A program made the translations under genes and the position numbers. The notes below the pieces were generated by a model that had not been told where the DNA came from, ran no database searches, and saw only the letters and a program-made list of their open reading frames with translations. 64,000 nt of DNA, taken from positions 992,001-1,056,000 of the forward strand of contig OZ242351.1 in NCBI GenBank assembly GCA_965208675.1. The letters are read 5' to 3'. The stretch's first letter is position 1. Each line of letters starts with the position of its first letter. Of this stretch, positions 10,441-21,354 are shown piece after piece. This DNA is from Candidatus Poribacteria bacterium. GTDB lineage: Bacteria; Poribacteria; WGA-4E; PCPOR2b.

Positions 10441-11199
10441 ATGGAAAACAGTGTTGAGTTTAATGACTCTCAGGTAAAGCCCGTATATGCCATCAAACTA
10501 GATTTCTTTGAGGGCCCTTTAGATTTACTGCTCCATCTCATTCAGAAAAATGAGATGGAGATTACGGATATCCCAATCGCCGAAATCACCGAGCAGTACC
10601 TAGAGTATCTCAACTTTATGGAACTGCTGGATCTTGATGTCGCGTCAGATTTTTTGGTGATGGCTGCGACTTTGCTTTATCTGAAATCTCAAAGCATTCT
10701 TCCATCTCTACAGGTGGACGATCAAAAACCGTTTAAGGATAGGGAAGATCTTGTCAGACAACTGTTAGCGTATAAACAGTTCAAGGAAGCGGCTCAGGCA
10801 TTAGATTATCATGCAGCTAAGCGGGAAAAAACCTATGGCAGGAGCGTCCATCCGGTTACCGATACGTCCGACTCGCGTGAGATTCAGATTAAGGCGACAC
10901 TGTTCGATCTCCTGTCTGCCTTCAAGCAGGTGATTGAAAGATCGGAGTTTACAGCGGACGACGATCATTACGAAGAAATTCAGGAAGAGCCGATTACCGT
11001 CGAGGAAAAGATGGAAATTGTGCAGCGTAGACTCAGTGAAGAACCGATGAACTTCAATGAGCTGTTCTCAGAATTCGCGAGCAAGATTGAACAGATTGTG
11101 ACGTTTTTGGCAATTCTGGAATTGATTCGCCTTCAGCGAATCTCCGCGGTACAATCCGGACACCTTGAAGACATCTATATTGTGAGACTTGACACGTAA
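10441..11199 (+). CDS. scpA: Segregation and condensation protein A
   Basis: FEGPLDLLLHLI N-terminus and VTFLAILEL C-terminus; adjacent to scpB. Confidence 0.96.
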   Translation: MENSVEFNDSQVKPVYAIKLDFFEGPLDLLLHLIQKNEMEITDIPIAEITEQYLEYLNFMELLDLDVASDFLVMAATLLYLKSQSILPSLQVDDQKPFKDREDLVRQLLAYKQFKEAAQALDYHAAKREKTYGRSVHPVTDTSDSREIQIKATLFDLLSAFKQVIERSEFTADDDHYEEIQEEPITVEEKMEIVQRRLSEEPMNFNELFSEFASKIEQIVTFLAILELIRLQRISAVQSGHLEDIYIVRLDT

Positions 11200-11250
11200 T
11201 AAAAAAACGCCAAAGTTCATCACCTACACCAACGGAACTAATAGAAAACC

Positions 11251-11838
11251 GTGGCTGAAGAACACTCCCTTGACATTCAGGATTCCGAGTTTAGCCCAGA
11301 CGATATAAAATCCATTCTCGAAGCGGTGCTGTTCGCCGTCAGCGAACCAATTTCGCTTAAGCAGTTTAGCCTGATGCTGAATGGGATTTGCACGAGGCAG
11401 ATTCACCAGGTACTCAAGCAGCTGCGAGATGAGTACCGAAATACAAACCGTAGTTTTGATCTCATCGAAATCGCCAACGGGTTTCAAATCTGTACACACC
11501 CCAAATATCACACTTGGATTGAAAAATTTTACACCCGCCAAGTGCGCGTCAAACTCTCACCCGCTGCACTTGAAACTCTCACCATTGTCGCCTATAATCA
11601 GCCTGTTACGAGAAGCGAGATGGAAGAAATCCGCGGCGTTAATAGCGACAGCGTTCTCAACTCATTAATCGAAAAAGGACTGGTTCGCATCGCGGGAAGG
11701 AATCCCGGTCCGGGGCGTTCACTTTTGTTCGCAACGACCGACGAATTTTTGCAACTTTTCGGATTTAAAGATCTTGCCGAATTGCCCTCAATGGAAGAAA
11801 TTGAACAGATTTTAAATGAAACGCAAACGGAATCATAA
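11251..11838 (+). CDS. scpB: Segregation and condensation protein B
   Basis: LEAVLFA, ALETLTIVAYNQPVTR, IRGV and TTDEFL motifs. Confidence 0.96.
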   Translation: MAEEHSLDIQDSEFSPDDIKSILEAVLFAVSEPISLKQFSLMLNGICTRQIHQVLKQLRDEYRNTNRSFDLIEIANGFQICTHPKYHTWIEKFYTRQVRVKLSPAALETLTIVAYNQPVTRSEMEEIRGVNSDSVLNSLIEKGLVRIAGRNPGPGRSLLFATTDEFLQLFGFKDLAELPSMEEIEQILNETQTES

Positions 11839-12329
11839 GTAATCCCGTGTTCCATTCCCTTTAAAGTCCCTGCACACCCCTGCACATGGGAAATTTATCA
11901 CTAGCGGTTGGGCTAAACTGTTACAACATACTAGGCTAGTCCGAGTATTTCTAGGCGCTGCTACTACGCTCATCCTCGAAAACCTAATAATCTATTGAGA
12001 AATTCCTGTCGAGGCAAACTTAAATCACACACGGGACGCATGTCGGCTGCACGCGTTCCGTGCGCGCCGCCGAGCCGTAAAATGTGTCAAAATAAAGATG
12101 CCGCAAGCATCACTTGAATGGATCGGGGTTACGCTTGGAGGCACCTTCGTAAGAGATTCAACCGCGCTTTCTTATGTTGGCCGCCGCGTCAATTTGGTGA
12201 TTATCGTTTGACCAACAGTGTGTGGAAATTCTATTGACTACGAAACGGGTTGAGGGGTACAATTGTTGTTTAAGGACCTTGAGAGGGTTAACGCTGTTGA
12301 ACAGTACGCGATTCTGAAGGAGTGCGGCG

Positions 12330-13664
12330 ATGGAGTATCATGCATGGTTTCAATGCAGTCAAGGCTGTGACGAAAAGTATCCTCTCAATGAGGTCATATA
12401 CCGATGCAAGCAGTGCAATGGTTTGTTGGAGGTTAGACACGACATAGACCTGTTAAGGCGTCGAAGCGGCGCGGCGTGGAAGAAACTGTTTAATGAGCGG
12501 TACATGCGTACGCAATACCCTTATGGCAGCGGGGTCTGGGGAAAGAAGGAGTTGGTGTGCCCGAATATTGACGATGAAAATATAGTATCCATGTATGAGG
12601 GGGGCACCAATCTATTTTGGGCTGAACGGTTTGGCAAGGAGATAGGTCTTTCCAATCTTTGGATAAAGCAGTGCGGGAATAGTCATACCGGTTCGTTTAA
12701 GGACTTAGGGATGACCGTATTGGTGTCCATGGTGAAGCAGGTGGTAAAACGCGGCGGCGACATCAGCGTTGTCATGTGCGCTTCTACCGGCGACACTTCC
12801 GCCTCACTAGCCGCCTATGCCGCTGCGGCAGGCATTCCGGCTGTAATCCTTTTACCGCGGGACAAAGTTTCTCACGCGCAGCTCATTCAGCCGATAGCCA
12901 ATGGCGCAATTACGCTTGCGTTAGAAACCGATTTTGATGGCTGCATGTCCGTAGTCCAGCAGCTTGCTGAAAGGAAAGATTTCTACCTAGCTAATTCCAT
13001 CAATTCGCTCCGAATTGAAGGGCAAAAGACAATCTCGATTGAGCTAGTTCAGCAGTTTGACTGGGAAGCACCAGATTGGGTCATCATTCCGGGCGGGAAT
13101 TTGGGTAATGTAACAGCGTTGGGTTTGGGATTTTTAATCATGCGAGATTTAGGGATTATCGATCGGCTGCCCCGCATTGCTTGCGCTCAATCTAGCAAAG
13201 CGAATCCGTTGTATCAAAGTTTCCTAAATGATTTCAAGACGTTTGACCCGGTCACGGCGCAAGCAACGATTGCAACAGCGATTCGAATTGGCCATCCAGT
13301 TTCGGTAAAAAAGGCGATAAATGTTTTGAAAAAATTCGACGGCATTGTGGAGCAAGCCACGGAGGATGAGTTAGCTAATGCCGCGGCGAGTGCAGATCGG
13401 ACAGGGTTATTCAACTGCCCGCATACAGGGGTTGCACTCGCGGTGCTACTGAAAATGGTCGAAAGCAGATTAATACAACGCGATGATAGGGTAATCGTTA
13501 TCTCGACAGCCAACGGACTCAAGTTCCCGGAGTTTAAGATTGACTACCACCAAAATAAATTGAATGAAGTTCAGCCTCAACATGTTAACTCGCCGATTAC
13601 ACTAGAACCAAGCTATGACACTGTGATGAAAACGATTTCCCATCACCTGAAAACCTTGAACTGA
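12330..13664 (+). CDS. thrC: Threonine synthase (HTGSFKDLGM type)
   Basis: PLP lysine motif TGSFKDLGM, CASTGDTS, NSINSLRIEGQKT and PGGNLGN. Confidence 0.92.
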   Translation: MEYHAWFQCSQGCDEKYPLNEVIYRCKQCNGLLEVRHDIDLLRRRSGAAWKKLFNERYMRTQYPYGSGVWGKKELVCPNIDDENIVSMYEGGTNLFWAERFGKEIGLSNLWIKQCGNSHTGSFKDLGMTVLVSMVKQVVKRGGDISVVMCASTGDTSASLAAYAAAAGIPAVILLPRDKVSHAQLIQPIANGAITLALETDFDGCMSVVQQLAERKDFYLANSINSLRIEGQKTISIELVQQFDWEAPDWVIIPGGNLGNVTALGLGFLIMRDLGIIDRLPRIACAQSSKANPLYQSFLNDFKTFDPVTAQATIATAIRIGHPVSVKKAINVLKKFDGIVEQATEDELANAAASADRTGLFNCPHTGVALAVLLKMVESRLIQRDDRVIVISTANGLKFPEFKIDYHQNKLNEVQPQHVNSPITLEPSYDTVMKTISHHLKTLN

Positions 13665-13701
13665 CGGCGCAATCATTCAGATGCGCTTTTTCGCGTCGCA
13701 T

Positions 13702-15744
13702 CTAATTTTTCAACACCTTTTTTCCCGCTTCCAGCGTATTGATTATTGCCTCGGCGTCATAGACGCATCCTCCCCATGTACCGCCGCCGATGCTCTGGAG
13801 CGCCGCCCACAGGCGGGTATCCGTCGGAAGCATCTCGTCGGGGGCAAGGTCTGGACGCGGTAGTCTCTCAGCTAAAACTCGCCCTCCTTCTTCTTGCGCA
13901 AAGACGTCGCCGCCATGACCGACTAAATCTACACTGCCTTCCAGTCGATTCCTATCAATCACAATCCGAATAAGATCGCCGTCGATTACCTTGCCTATAG
14001 GCCCGCCAGCCAAGGCTTCAGGTCCAATGTGCCCAATGCACGCACCGGTTGACACACCGGAAAATCGGGCATCGGTAATCAGGGCGATGTGTTTACCGAA
14101 GGACAGGTGTTTTAACGCGGCGGTAATCTGATATACCTCCTCCATGCCAGTGCCCATAGGGCCGCGGCAGCAAAGCACCATTACCTCGCCCGGCCTGATT
14201 TGGTGCTTATCTCCACGCTTAATGGCGCGAATTGCATCGCGTTCCCGAACGAATACACGCGCGCGGCCAGTTATTCGGTAGACGCCATCGGGGTCAACTA
14301 CGCTGGAATCGATAGCGGTACTCTTGATGACTGAACCTTCAGGCGCAAGGTTTCCGCGCGGAAATGCCAGCGTACTCGTCAATCCACTCTCCCGCGCCGT
14401 TTCAGGGCTCATAATCACGTCGTCTGGGGAAACACCGTCACTCTCCATCAGGAAATCCCGTAGGCGTTGGCGCCTCTCAGACTTCTCCCACCAATCAAGG
14501 TTTCGCCCAAGGGTTTCACCCGTAGCGGTGACAACATCTTCCTTCAGCATGCCCAATCCTCGTAGACGAAGCATGACTTCAGGAACACCGCCAGCGAGAA
14601 AGACACGAACTGTTGGATGACCTATAGGTCCATTTGGCAATACGTCCACGAGCCGGGGTGTATTTCGATTGATACGCGTCCAATCTTCGATGGTAGGGCG
14701 TTCCAAACCCGCCGCGTGTGCAATCGCGGGGATGTGCAGGAGCAAGTTGGTAGAACCACCGAAAGCGGCATGAACGACCATCGCGTTTTGAATTGATTCG
14801 CCGGTGAGGATGGATTGCATTGTGATGCCATTCGCTTCGAGGTTGACAAGGGCGCGCGCTGATCGCTTTGCCATATCCAACCAAATCGTTTGGCCAGACG
14901 GCGCGAGGGCAGAATGGGTAAGCGTCATTCCCAAAGCCTCTCCGACGACCTGTGAGGTCGCAGCCGTACCTAGGAATTGACAACCGCCCCCCGGTGTCGC
15001 ACACGCCCTGCAACCGAGGTCAGCGGCATCCTGTAAGGAAATCTCTCCGTGTGCGAAGCGGGCACCAATCGTTTGTATTTTTCCCGCGTCCTCGCCATCA
15101 ACAGGCGGGAGCGTTACGCCGCCGGGCACTAAAATACATGCCAAATCGGACATCGCTGCGAGCGCAATCATTGTCGCAGGCAACCCCTTATCGCAGGTTG
15201 CCACACCCATCACTCCATTGCGTGTCGGCAGCGATCTGATAAGTCTGCGGAAGACCAGTGCTGCGTCGTTGCGGTATGCTAGGCTATCCATCATTCCAAC
15301 CGTGCCCTGTGTGCGCCCGTCACAAGGATCTGAGCAATAACCCGCGAATGGAATTCCGCCGAGGTATTTAAATTCATTTGCGGCAGCTTGCATAAGCAAA
15401 CCTACCTCCCAATGCCCTGTATGGTATCCAAGCGCAATCGGCGTACCATCGGGCGCACGAATTCCGCCCTGTGTGCTCAAAATGAGAAACTGTTTCCGAT
15501 TCAAGTTGGCGGGCGACCAGCCCATTCCGACATTCTGGCTTAGCGCAAACACATCTCCACTTCCCCAATTGAGTAGCATGTCCTCCGTTAGCGGTAAACT
15601 GCCTTGGGGGCCGGGTGAACTCGTCTGTAATTCGTAGATTGCAGAGTCGTTAGAGGCAACTATTTTGTCAAATTCAATGTTTCCATCCGAAACCATGCCG
15701 ATTTTCCCCTTTTCCTGTTTTCCTGTTTTCATCTTCATTTTCAT
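13702..15744 (-). CDS. YjhG/YagF-family D-xylonate dehydratase (IlvD/Edd family)
   Basis: [39 protein letters not shown] and TDARFSGVS motifs. Confidence 0.9.
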   Translation of the reverse strand: MKMKMKTGKQEKGKIGMVSDGNIEFDKIVASNDSAIYELQTSSPGPQGSLPLTEDMLLNWGSGDVFALSQNVGMGWSPANLNRKQFLILSTQGGIRAPDGTPIALGYHTGHWEVGLLMQAAANEFKYLGGIPFAGYCSDPCDGRTQGTVGMMDSLAYRNDAALVFRRLIRSLPTRNGVMGVATCDKGLPATMIALAAMSDLACILVPGGVTLPPVDGEDAGKIQTIGARFAHGEISLQDAADLGCRACATPGGGCQFLGTAATSQVVGEALGMTLTHSALAPSGQTIWLDMAKRSARALVNLEANGITMQSILTGESIQNAMVVHAAFGGSTNLLLHIPAIAHAAGLERPTIEDWTRINRNTPRLVDVLPNGPIGHPTVRVFLAGGVPEVMLRLRGLGMLKEDVVTATGETLGRNLDWWEKSERRQRLRDFLMESDGVSPDDVIMSPETARESGLTSTLAFPRGNLAPEGSVIKSTAIDSSVVDPDGVYRITGRARVFVRERDAIRAIKRGDKHQIRPGEVMVLCCRGPMGTGMEEVYQITAALKHLSFGKHIALITDARFSGVSTGACIGHIGPEALAGGPIGKVIDGDLIRIVIDRNRLEGSVDLVGHGGDVFAQEEGGRVLAERLPRPDLAPDEMLPTDTRLWAALQSIGGGTWGGCVYDAEAIINTLEAGKKVLKN

Positions 15745-15912
15745 GGTACATTCCGTAGGGCAAATCTTCCCCGACGTTTCTCACACCTCGTTATGTTTGC
15801 GATTCAGAGTTTACCTAGGTTAGATTTATCATTGCGGGGCCATTGATGCCTTTGTTTCGGCGTTAAGACTATCAGAAGTTTCACCGCCATGTCAATTCAA
15901 TTGTCCTTTTGC

Positions 15913-15941
15913 TTGACAATATTGGATGGTAGTGATAATAT
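15913..15941 (+). promoter_or_regulatory. sigma70-type promoter for the second thrC leader
   Basis: TTGACA-17 nt-TAATAT. Confidence 0.6.
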
Positions 15942-16174
15942 AAAAAAGTTTAAGGGCACGGCGAACACTGTGTGATGAATTGACCGTGGGCAGAAAACGT
16001 GTTTTCTCGACGTGAATAAAAATAAAAAACCTTCGATGACTTTAACAAATGATGTAGTGAATCACCCAAATTGTCGTGGAGCATTGCTGCCGCATTATTC
16101 TAATCAATGCGTTGGAGTGAAAATAGGCAAATTCTGATTTTAACTGACAGTGCTTTTTGATCGTATGTTCCTTT

Positions 16175-16214
16175 AAAAGCCTATTGTCGCATAAGTGATG
16201 GTAGGCTTTTTTTT
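16175..16214 (+). terminator. Intrinsic terminator inside the 5' leader of the second thrC (attenuator-like)
   Basis: Stem GCCTATTGTCGC/GTGATGGTAGGC (with G-U pairs) followed by T8, ending 25 nt before the ATG. Confidence 0.7.
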
Positions 16215-16238
16215 CACGGTTACCGATTGGAGAGAAAA

Positions 16239-17474
16239 ATGGAAGAAAAGGTATTGGGATTGAAGTGCCGCGAATGCGATAGGAAATATCCTAAAGAGCC
16301 AATTCACGTTTGCGAATTCTGTTTTGGGCCGCTGGAAGTGGATTACAACTATGAATCAATCCAGAAATCCATTTCAAGGAAATCCATTGAACGAGGTCCT
16401 GCCAACCTCTGGCGATATATCGACCTGTTGCCTATTGACGGCGAACCTACCGATGGATTGAACACGGGTTTCACACCGCTGATTCGTGCGAAAAATTTGG
16501 AAGCAGCCCTAGGTGTCAGAGAATTGTATGTTAAAGATGACTCCGTGTGCCATCCGACGCTGTCGTTCAAGGACCGGGTGGTTTCTGTGACGCTGAGCAA
16601 AGCGAAAGAGTTCGGCTTCGATACCGTGGCATGCGCCTCGACCGGAAACCTCGCAAACTCTGTCGCAGCGAATGCAGCCGTCGCCAATTTCGACTGTTTC
16701 ATATTTATCCCGGCCGACCTCGAAATGGCGAAAATCGTTGCATCGCTGGTTTACGCGCCGACGGTGGTCGGCATTATGGGAACGTATGATGATGTCAACC
16801 GGCTCTGCAGCGAGATTGCGGGTGTATATCCGTGGGCATTTGCGAACATCAACACCCGTCCGTTCTACTCGGAGGGGTCGAAGACTTTCTGTTATGAAAT
16901 CATTGAGCAACTCGGCTGGGAAACACCGGATAATATTGTTCTACCGGCGGCGGGCGGATCACTTGTCACCAAAGTGGGAAAAGCACTTAAGGAATTCCAC
17001 ATATTGGGATTGATTGATGAGCCAAAAACAAAGATTCATGTTGCTCAAGCTGAAGGCTGCGGGCCAATTGTCACAACACTGAAGGAAAACAGTGATTTCG
17101 TCAAACCGGTTCGCCAGCCTAATAGCATTGCAAAATCACTCGCAATTGGAAATCCTGCGGACGGAATATATGCCGCCGCAACGGTACGCAATTCAGGCGG
17201 GCGCGGGGAACATACAACTGATGAGGAAATCGTCGACGCAATTAAACTCCTTGCAGCGACCGAAGGCATTTTTACGGAGACGGCGGGCGGCGTCACGCTC
17301 GCAGCAACTCAGAAACTAATTGAGACTGGGCATATAGGCCGGGACGAGTCCATCGTTGTCGGAATTACAGGGAATGGGCTGAAAACCATCGAAGCACTCG
17401 ACGGTAAAGTATCGGAACCGCATGTGATCCAACCTCAACTCAATGCGTTTCGGAAATTGATGAAAACACTATAA
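16239..17474 (+). CDS. thrC: Threonine synthase-like PLP enzyme, second paralogue
   Basis: N-terminal CRECD...CEFCFGPL zinc motif, PTLSFKDR, CASTGNLA and TGNGLKT. GGAGA RBS precedes ATG 16239. Confidence 0.85.
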   Translation: MEEKVLGLKCRECDRKYPKEPIHVCEFCFGPLEVDYNYESIQKSISRKSIERGPANLWRYIDLLPIDGEPTDGLNTGFTPLIRAKNLEAALGVRELYVKDDSVCHPTLSFKDRVVSVTLSKAKEFGFDTVACASTGNLANSVAANAAVANFDCFIFIPADLEMAKIVASLVYAPTVVGIMGTYDDVNRLCSEIAGVYPWAFANINTRPFYSEGSKTFCYEIIEQLGWETPDNIVLPAAGGSLVTKVGKALKEFHILGLIDEPKTKIHVAQAEGCGPIVTTLKENSDFVKPVRQPNSIAKSLAIGNPADGIYAAATVRNSGGRGEHTTDEEIVDAIKLLAATEGIFTETAGGVTLAATQKLIETGHIGRDESIVVGITGNGLKTIEALDGKVSEPHVIQPQLNAFRKLMKTL

Positions 17475-17493
17475 TCCTCAGCCAAAAATAGAC

Positions 17494-19752
17494 ATGGAAA
17501 CGCTAAACGGCATTCTAGAACGTATCGTCTTTGAAAATGCTGAAACGGGATACGCGATTGCAAGACTTTCCTCGCGTGAATATCCCGGTGAACTAATTAC
17601 TGTCGTTGGGCATGTTGCGTCAATCAACGCTGGAGAAAGCCTTCTTCTAAAGGGGTGGTGGGGCAACAATCCGAAATACGGCAGGCAGTTTCAGATTGAC
17701 TCGTATGAAACCGTACTGCCTGCGACAATTGTGGGATTGAGAAAGTATCTAGGTTCCGGGTTAATCAAAGGAATTGGGCCCGTGATGGCGGCACGGATTG
17801 TAACCCATTTCGGCATGGACGCCATGGATGTCATTGAGAAATCGCCTGAGAAGTTAAAGTCGGTTCCCGGTATCGGCAAAAAACGCGTTGATATGATTGC
17901 GCGCGCATGGGATGCGCAGCGAGAAATCAAGAACGTGATGCTGTTTTTGCAGTCTCATAACGTAAGTACCGCCCATGCCGCCAAAATTTACAAGACTTAC
18001 GAGAATGAAGCTATCCCAATTGTCCGTGAAAATCCTTATCGGCTTGCCGATGACATCTACGGCATCGGATTCAAAACAGCGGATACAGTCGCTCAGAAAC
18101 TCGGTGTAGACTCCGAATCTCCAAATCGCGTCCAGGCTGGAATCAAATATGTTTTGAGTGAAAAAGCCGACGATGGCCACGTGTTTTTGTATAACGATGA
18201 ATTAATCTCAGCGTGCCAAGATATGCTCAATCTCTCAACCGATGCCATTGAGGCGGCAATCACAGAACTCACCGAGAAAAAAGAACTAATTACGGAATAT
18301 ATATCGTCGTTGGACCCTAAAGAAAACCGGAAACTTATCTATCTTGCACCATTTTATTATGCGGAAATCGGCGTCGCCAATCGATTAATCAAGCTACTCA
18401 ACAAGGATGCGCCTCAGCCGGATATCGGATTTATTGATTCTTCCATAGATCAGATTGAGAAAAGCATGGGAATGTGTTTTGATGAAAATCAACGGGATGC
18501 CATCAGAACAGCGCTAACGAGTCGAGTTACTATTTTGACGGGCGGACCAGGCACAGGAAAAACGACGACGACCATCGGCATGCTTCGTCTGTTTGAATCT
18601 CTTGGGATGGAAGTTGTGCTAGCCGCCCCCACTGGACGTGCAGCGAAACGCCTGAGTGAAACAACTGGACGTGATGCAAAAACCATCCATCGCCTGCTGG
18701 AGTTCTCGCCGCAAGGCAATGGATTCAAACGCGATTGGAACAATCCTCTAGAGAAGGATGTCGTGATAATTGATGAGATGTCAATGGTCGATTTAGTGTT
18801 GATGAATAGTCTCATGAGAGCAGTACCGGCGGACACAACTTTGATTATGATTGGGGATGTGGATCAACTGCCATCAGTCGGCGCAGGAAATGTGTTGAAA
18901 GATTTGATTGACTCCGGACGGATATCTACCGTGAGGTTGACGAAAATATTCCGTCAGGCGCAACAGAGCATGATTGTCACGAATGCGCATCGTGTCAATC
19001 GGGGTGAATTTCCACAAATTACCGGGCCGCCGGACCGCAATTTTTTCTTCATTGAGGAAGAAGTTCCGGAGACCACAGTTGAAGTCATCTGCGACCTTGT
19101 GCACCGGCGATTGCCCGAGCACTACGATTATCACCCAATGGACGACATTCAGGTGTTGTGCCCGATGCGCCGCGGCGTAATTGGATCAGAAAACTTCAAT
19201 AAACGGTTGCAAGAGAAGCTCAATGGAAATCCTGACGGGGTCATTCGAGGCGGCAGATCTTTTCGGAGCGGAGACAAGGTGATGCAGGTTCGCAACAATT
19301 ACGATTACGGGGTTTTCAATGGGGACATTGGACGAATTACGGACGTAGATAACGTTGAGCGGCTGGTAACTATCACATTTCCCGATAAGGCCGTCCCCTA
19401 TGACATGGCAGATCTGAACGAATTAGTGCTTGCATATGGCATCACGGTGCACAAATCTCAAGGCAGTGAGTATCCGGCTGTCATCATCCCGCTAATGACA
19501 CAGCATTACATGATGCTGCAGCGAAACCTGCTTTACACCGCAATCACCCGGGCTAAAGAACACGTTTTGGTTGTCGGGACGAAGAGAGCACTCGGCATAG
19601 CGATACGAAATAACAGAGTTTCCGAACGCAATTCGTATCTTGCAGAACGACTTCAAGCAACGCTCCAACAGAAATCGGAAATCCCCGAGAGTTACCTAGA
19701 AATCAACGGCGGATTCGCTCCGAATATCCATGTACCAGACCATTCCCTGTAA
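17494..19752 (+). CDS. recD2: ATP-dependent RecD2-like DNA helicase
   Basis: YGRQF, YLGSGLIKGIG, HhH repeats, GGPGTGKT, DEMSM, GDVDQLPSVG and TVHKSQGSE. Confidence 0.95.
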   Translation: METLNGILERIVFENAETGYAIARLSSREYPGELITVVGHVASINAGESLLLKGWWGNNPKYGRQFQIDSYETVLPATIVGLRKYLGSGLIKGIGPVMAARIVTHFGMDAMDVIEKSPEKLKSVPGIGKKRVDMIARAWDAQREIKNVMLFLQSHNVSTAHAAKIYKTYENEAIPIVRENPYRLADDIYGIGFKTADTVAQKLGVDSESPNRVQAGIKYVLSEKADDGHVFLYNDELISACQDMLNLSTDAIEAAITELTEKKELITEYISSLDPKENRKLIYLAPFYYAEIGVANRLIKLLNKDAPQPDIGFIDSSIDQIEKSMGMCFDENQRDAIRTALTSRVTILTGGPGTGKTTTTIGMLRLFESLGMEVVLAAPTGRAAKRLSETTGRDAKTIHRLLEFSPQGNGFKRDWNNPLEKDVVIIDEMSMVDLVLMNSLMRAVPADTTLIMIGDVDQLPSVGAGNVLKDLIDSGRISTVRLTKIFRQAQQSMIVTNAHRVNRGEFPQITGPPDRNFFFIEEEVPETTVEVICDLVHRRLPEHYDYHPMDDIQVLCPMRRGVIGSENFNKRLQEKLNGNPDGVIRGGRSFRSGDKVMQVRNNYDYGVFNGDIGRITDVDNVERLVTITFPDKAVPYDMADLNELVLAYGITVHKSQGSEYPAVIIPLMTQHYMMLQRNLLYTAITRAKEHVLVVGTKRALGIAIRNNRVSERNSYLAERLQATLQQKSEIPESYLEINGGFAPNIHVPDHSL

Positions 19753-19898
19753 CTTTTTAGGACTTCCCCATTGCCACCAATAATTCAGGTAATCGTTGCC
19801 ATGAAGCCCGAATTTGGCATATAACGCCTTTATTGAGAGCCAAGTTTCTCGGAGGGTTTGCCGCCTTTGAGATTCAAATTTAAAATTTGGAGATTTGC

Positions 19899-21287
19899 AT
19901 GAGCAATAACAACCCATATTTACAAATTGACCGTCAGATGGTCGGTGACATCTATACATCCCGCGAAGTGATAGACAATCTCACGGTATTGTGCGACGAT
20001 TTCGGCTCGCGTTTCGCAGGGACACCAGAGGAACGGAAGGCTGCAGATTTCATTGCGGAAACATTTGGACGCTATGGACTTAACGATGTGCGGTTTGAAT
20101 CCTACCCTTATGCGGGCTGGTCACGCGGGGAAGGTACACTTGAAATAGTCGAGCCGATTCAGAAGCCGCTGCACTACATCTCACTTCCGTATTGCCCTGC
20201 GAGTGAGGTAACGGGAAAACTCGTGTCCGTCGGTTACGGTAGTCCTGAAGAGTATGACCGATTGGGCGAGAACATGACAGGAAACATCGTTTTGGCGGGT
20301 AGTGCTTCGAAACCTGGTTTGGGCAGATGGGTGCATCGAAAGGAAAAATATGAGCGCGCAGTACTCGGGGGCGCAAGTGCGTTCATCTTCGTCAGCGAGC
20401 ACCCGGGGGTCGGTCCGGAAACAGGCAGCTTGCAAGACGACTGTGCTGCGCCAATACCGGGCATTTCAGTTTGTAAGGAAGATGGCGAGTTTCTCCAGCG
20501 GCTGATGGCTCGAAACAGATGCGTACAACTGCGCATTTGCACATCCGATGTAAACGAGCCGCGAACATCTTGGAACATCATTGCAGACCTGCCCGGAACG
20601 GAAATTGCGAACGAGATGGTAGTTCTTGGTTGCCACTACGACGGACACGACATCTCACAGGGCGCTGTGGATCCGGCATCTGGAATGGTGCTTGTAATGG
20701 AAGCTGCGCGGGTGCTAGCGCAGTACGCCGCAAGTCGGATTAAACGAACGGTGCGGTTTATCGCCTTCGGTACGGAAGAAATTGGACTCACTGGCTCGTT
20801 TCGATACGTGGACGCTCATGTTAGCGATCTAGACAACGTACGGTTTGTTTTCAACCTTGATGCGGCTGGCGGCTCAAGCCGGAAAGGGGTTGTGCTGCAT
20901 CGGTGGCTGGAGTTGGAACCGTTCTTTCACCGCGCTGCAAACGAGATGGCGGCTGAAATCCCTGTTGGCCAAAATGTGCATCCGTACTCCGACCACTTTC
21001 CCTTTTTCCTAAAAGGTGTGCCGACCGCTCATATGGGCGATCCGGAATCCGCACCGTCAGGCAGAGGATTCGGACACACTGCTTACGACACCCTCGACAA
21101 GGTCGAACTTGTAAACCTTCGCGCGGGGAGTTCAATTGCTGCCCGATTGGCGTTACGGATAGCCGACTCCCAGGGATTTCCTGCTCAACGCCGCAGTATC
21201 AACGCAGTGCAGGAGTTGCTCGACACCGATACCGGTATGGAAGGCTACCGTGTCGCGGCGGCGTTAAAGAAGCGCTTGCAAACATAA
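19899..21287 (+). CDS. M28 family metallopeptidase with PA domain
   Basis: GSRFAGT, GCHYD, GAVDPASG, GTEEIG, NLD and SDHFPF motifs. Confidence 0.9.
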   Translation: MSNNNPYLQIDRQMVGDIYTSREVIDNLTVLCDDFGSRFAGTPEERKAADFIAETFGRYGLNDVRFESYPYAGWSRGEGTLEIVEPIQKPLHYISLPYCPASEVTGKLVSVGYGSPEEYDRLGENMTGNIVLAGSASKPGLGRWVHRKEKYERAVLGGASAFIFVSEHPGVGPETGSLQDDCAAPIPGISVCKEDGEFLQRLMARNRCVQLRICTSDVNEPRTSWNIIADLPGTEIANEMVVLGCHYDGHDISQGAVDPASGMVLVMEAARVLAQYAASRIKRTVRFIAFGTEEIGLTGSFRYVDAHVSDLDNVRFVFNLDAAGGSSRKGVVLHRWLELEPFFHRAANEMAAEIPVGQNVHPYSDHFPFFLKGVPTAHMGDPESAPSGRGFGHTAYDTLDKVELVNLRAGSSIAARLALRIADSQGFPAQRRSINAVQELLDTDTGMEGYRVAAALKKRLQT

Positions 21288-21354
21288 TTGATTAAAACTC
21301 GGAAATCCCACTCCAAAGGAACATGCAACTGTTAGTCAGAAAGACCACAAAATC

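Noticed and set aside
12012-12062. c-di-GMP-I riboswitch-like words GGCAAAC...GGGACGCA upstream of thrC
   Set aside because: The intervening bases do not form the required GNRA-capped stem and the P3 motifs are missing. The GGGACGC part instead pairs in a plain hairpin with GCGTTCCGTG.
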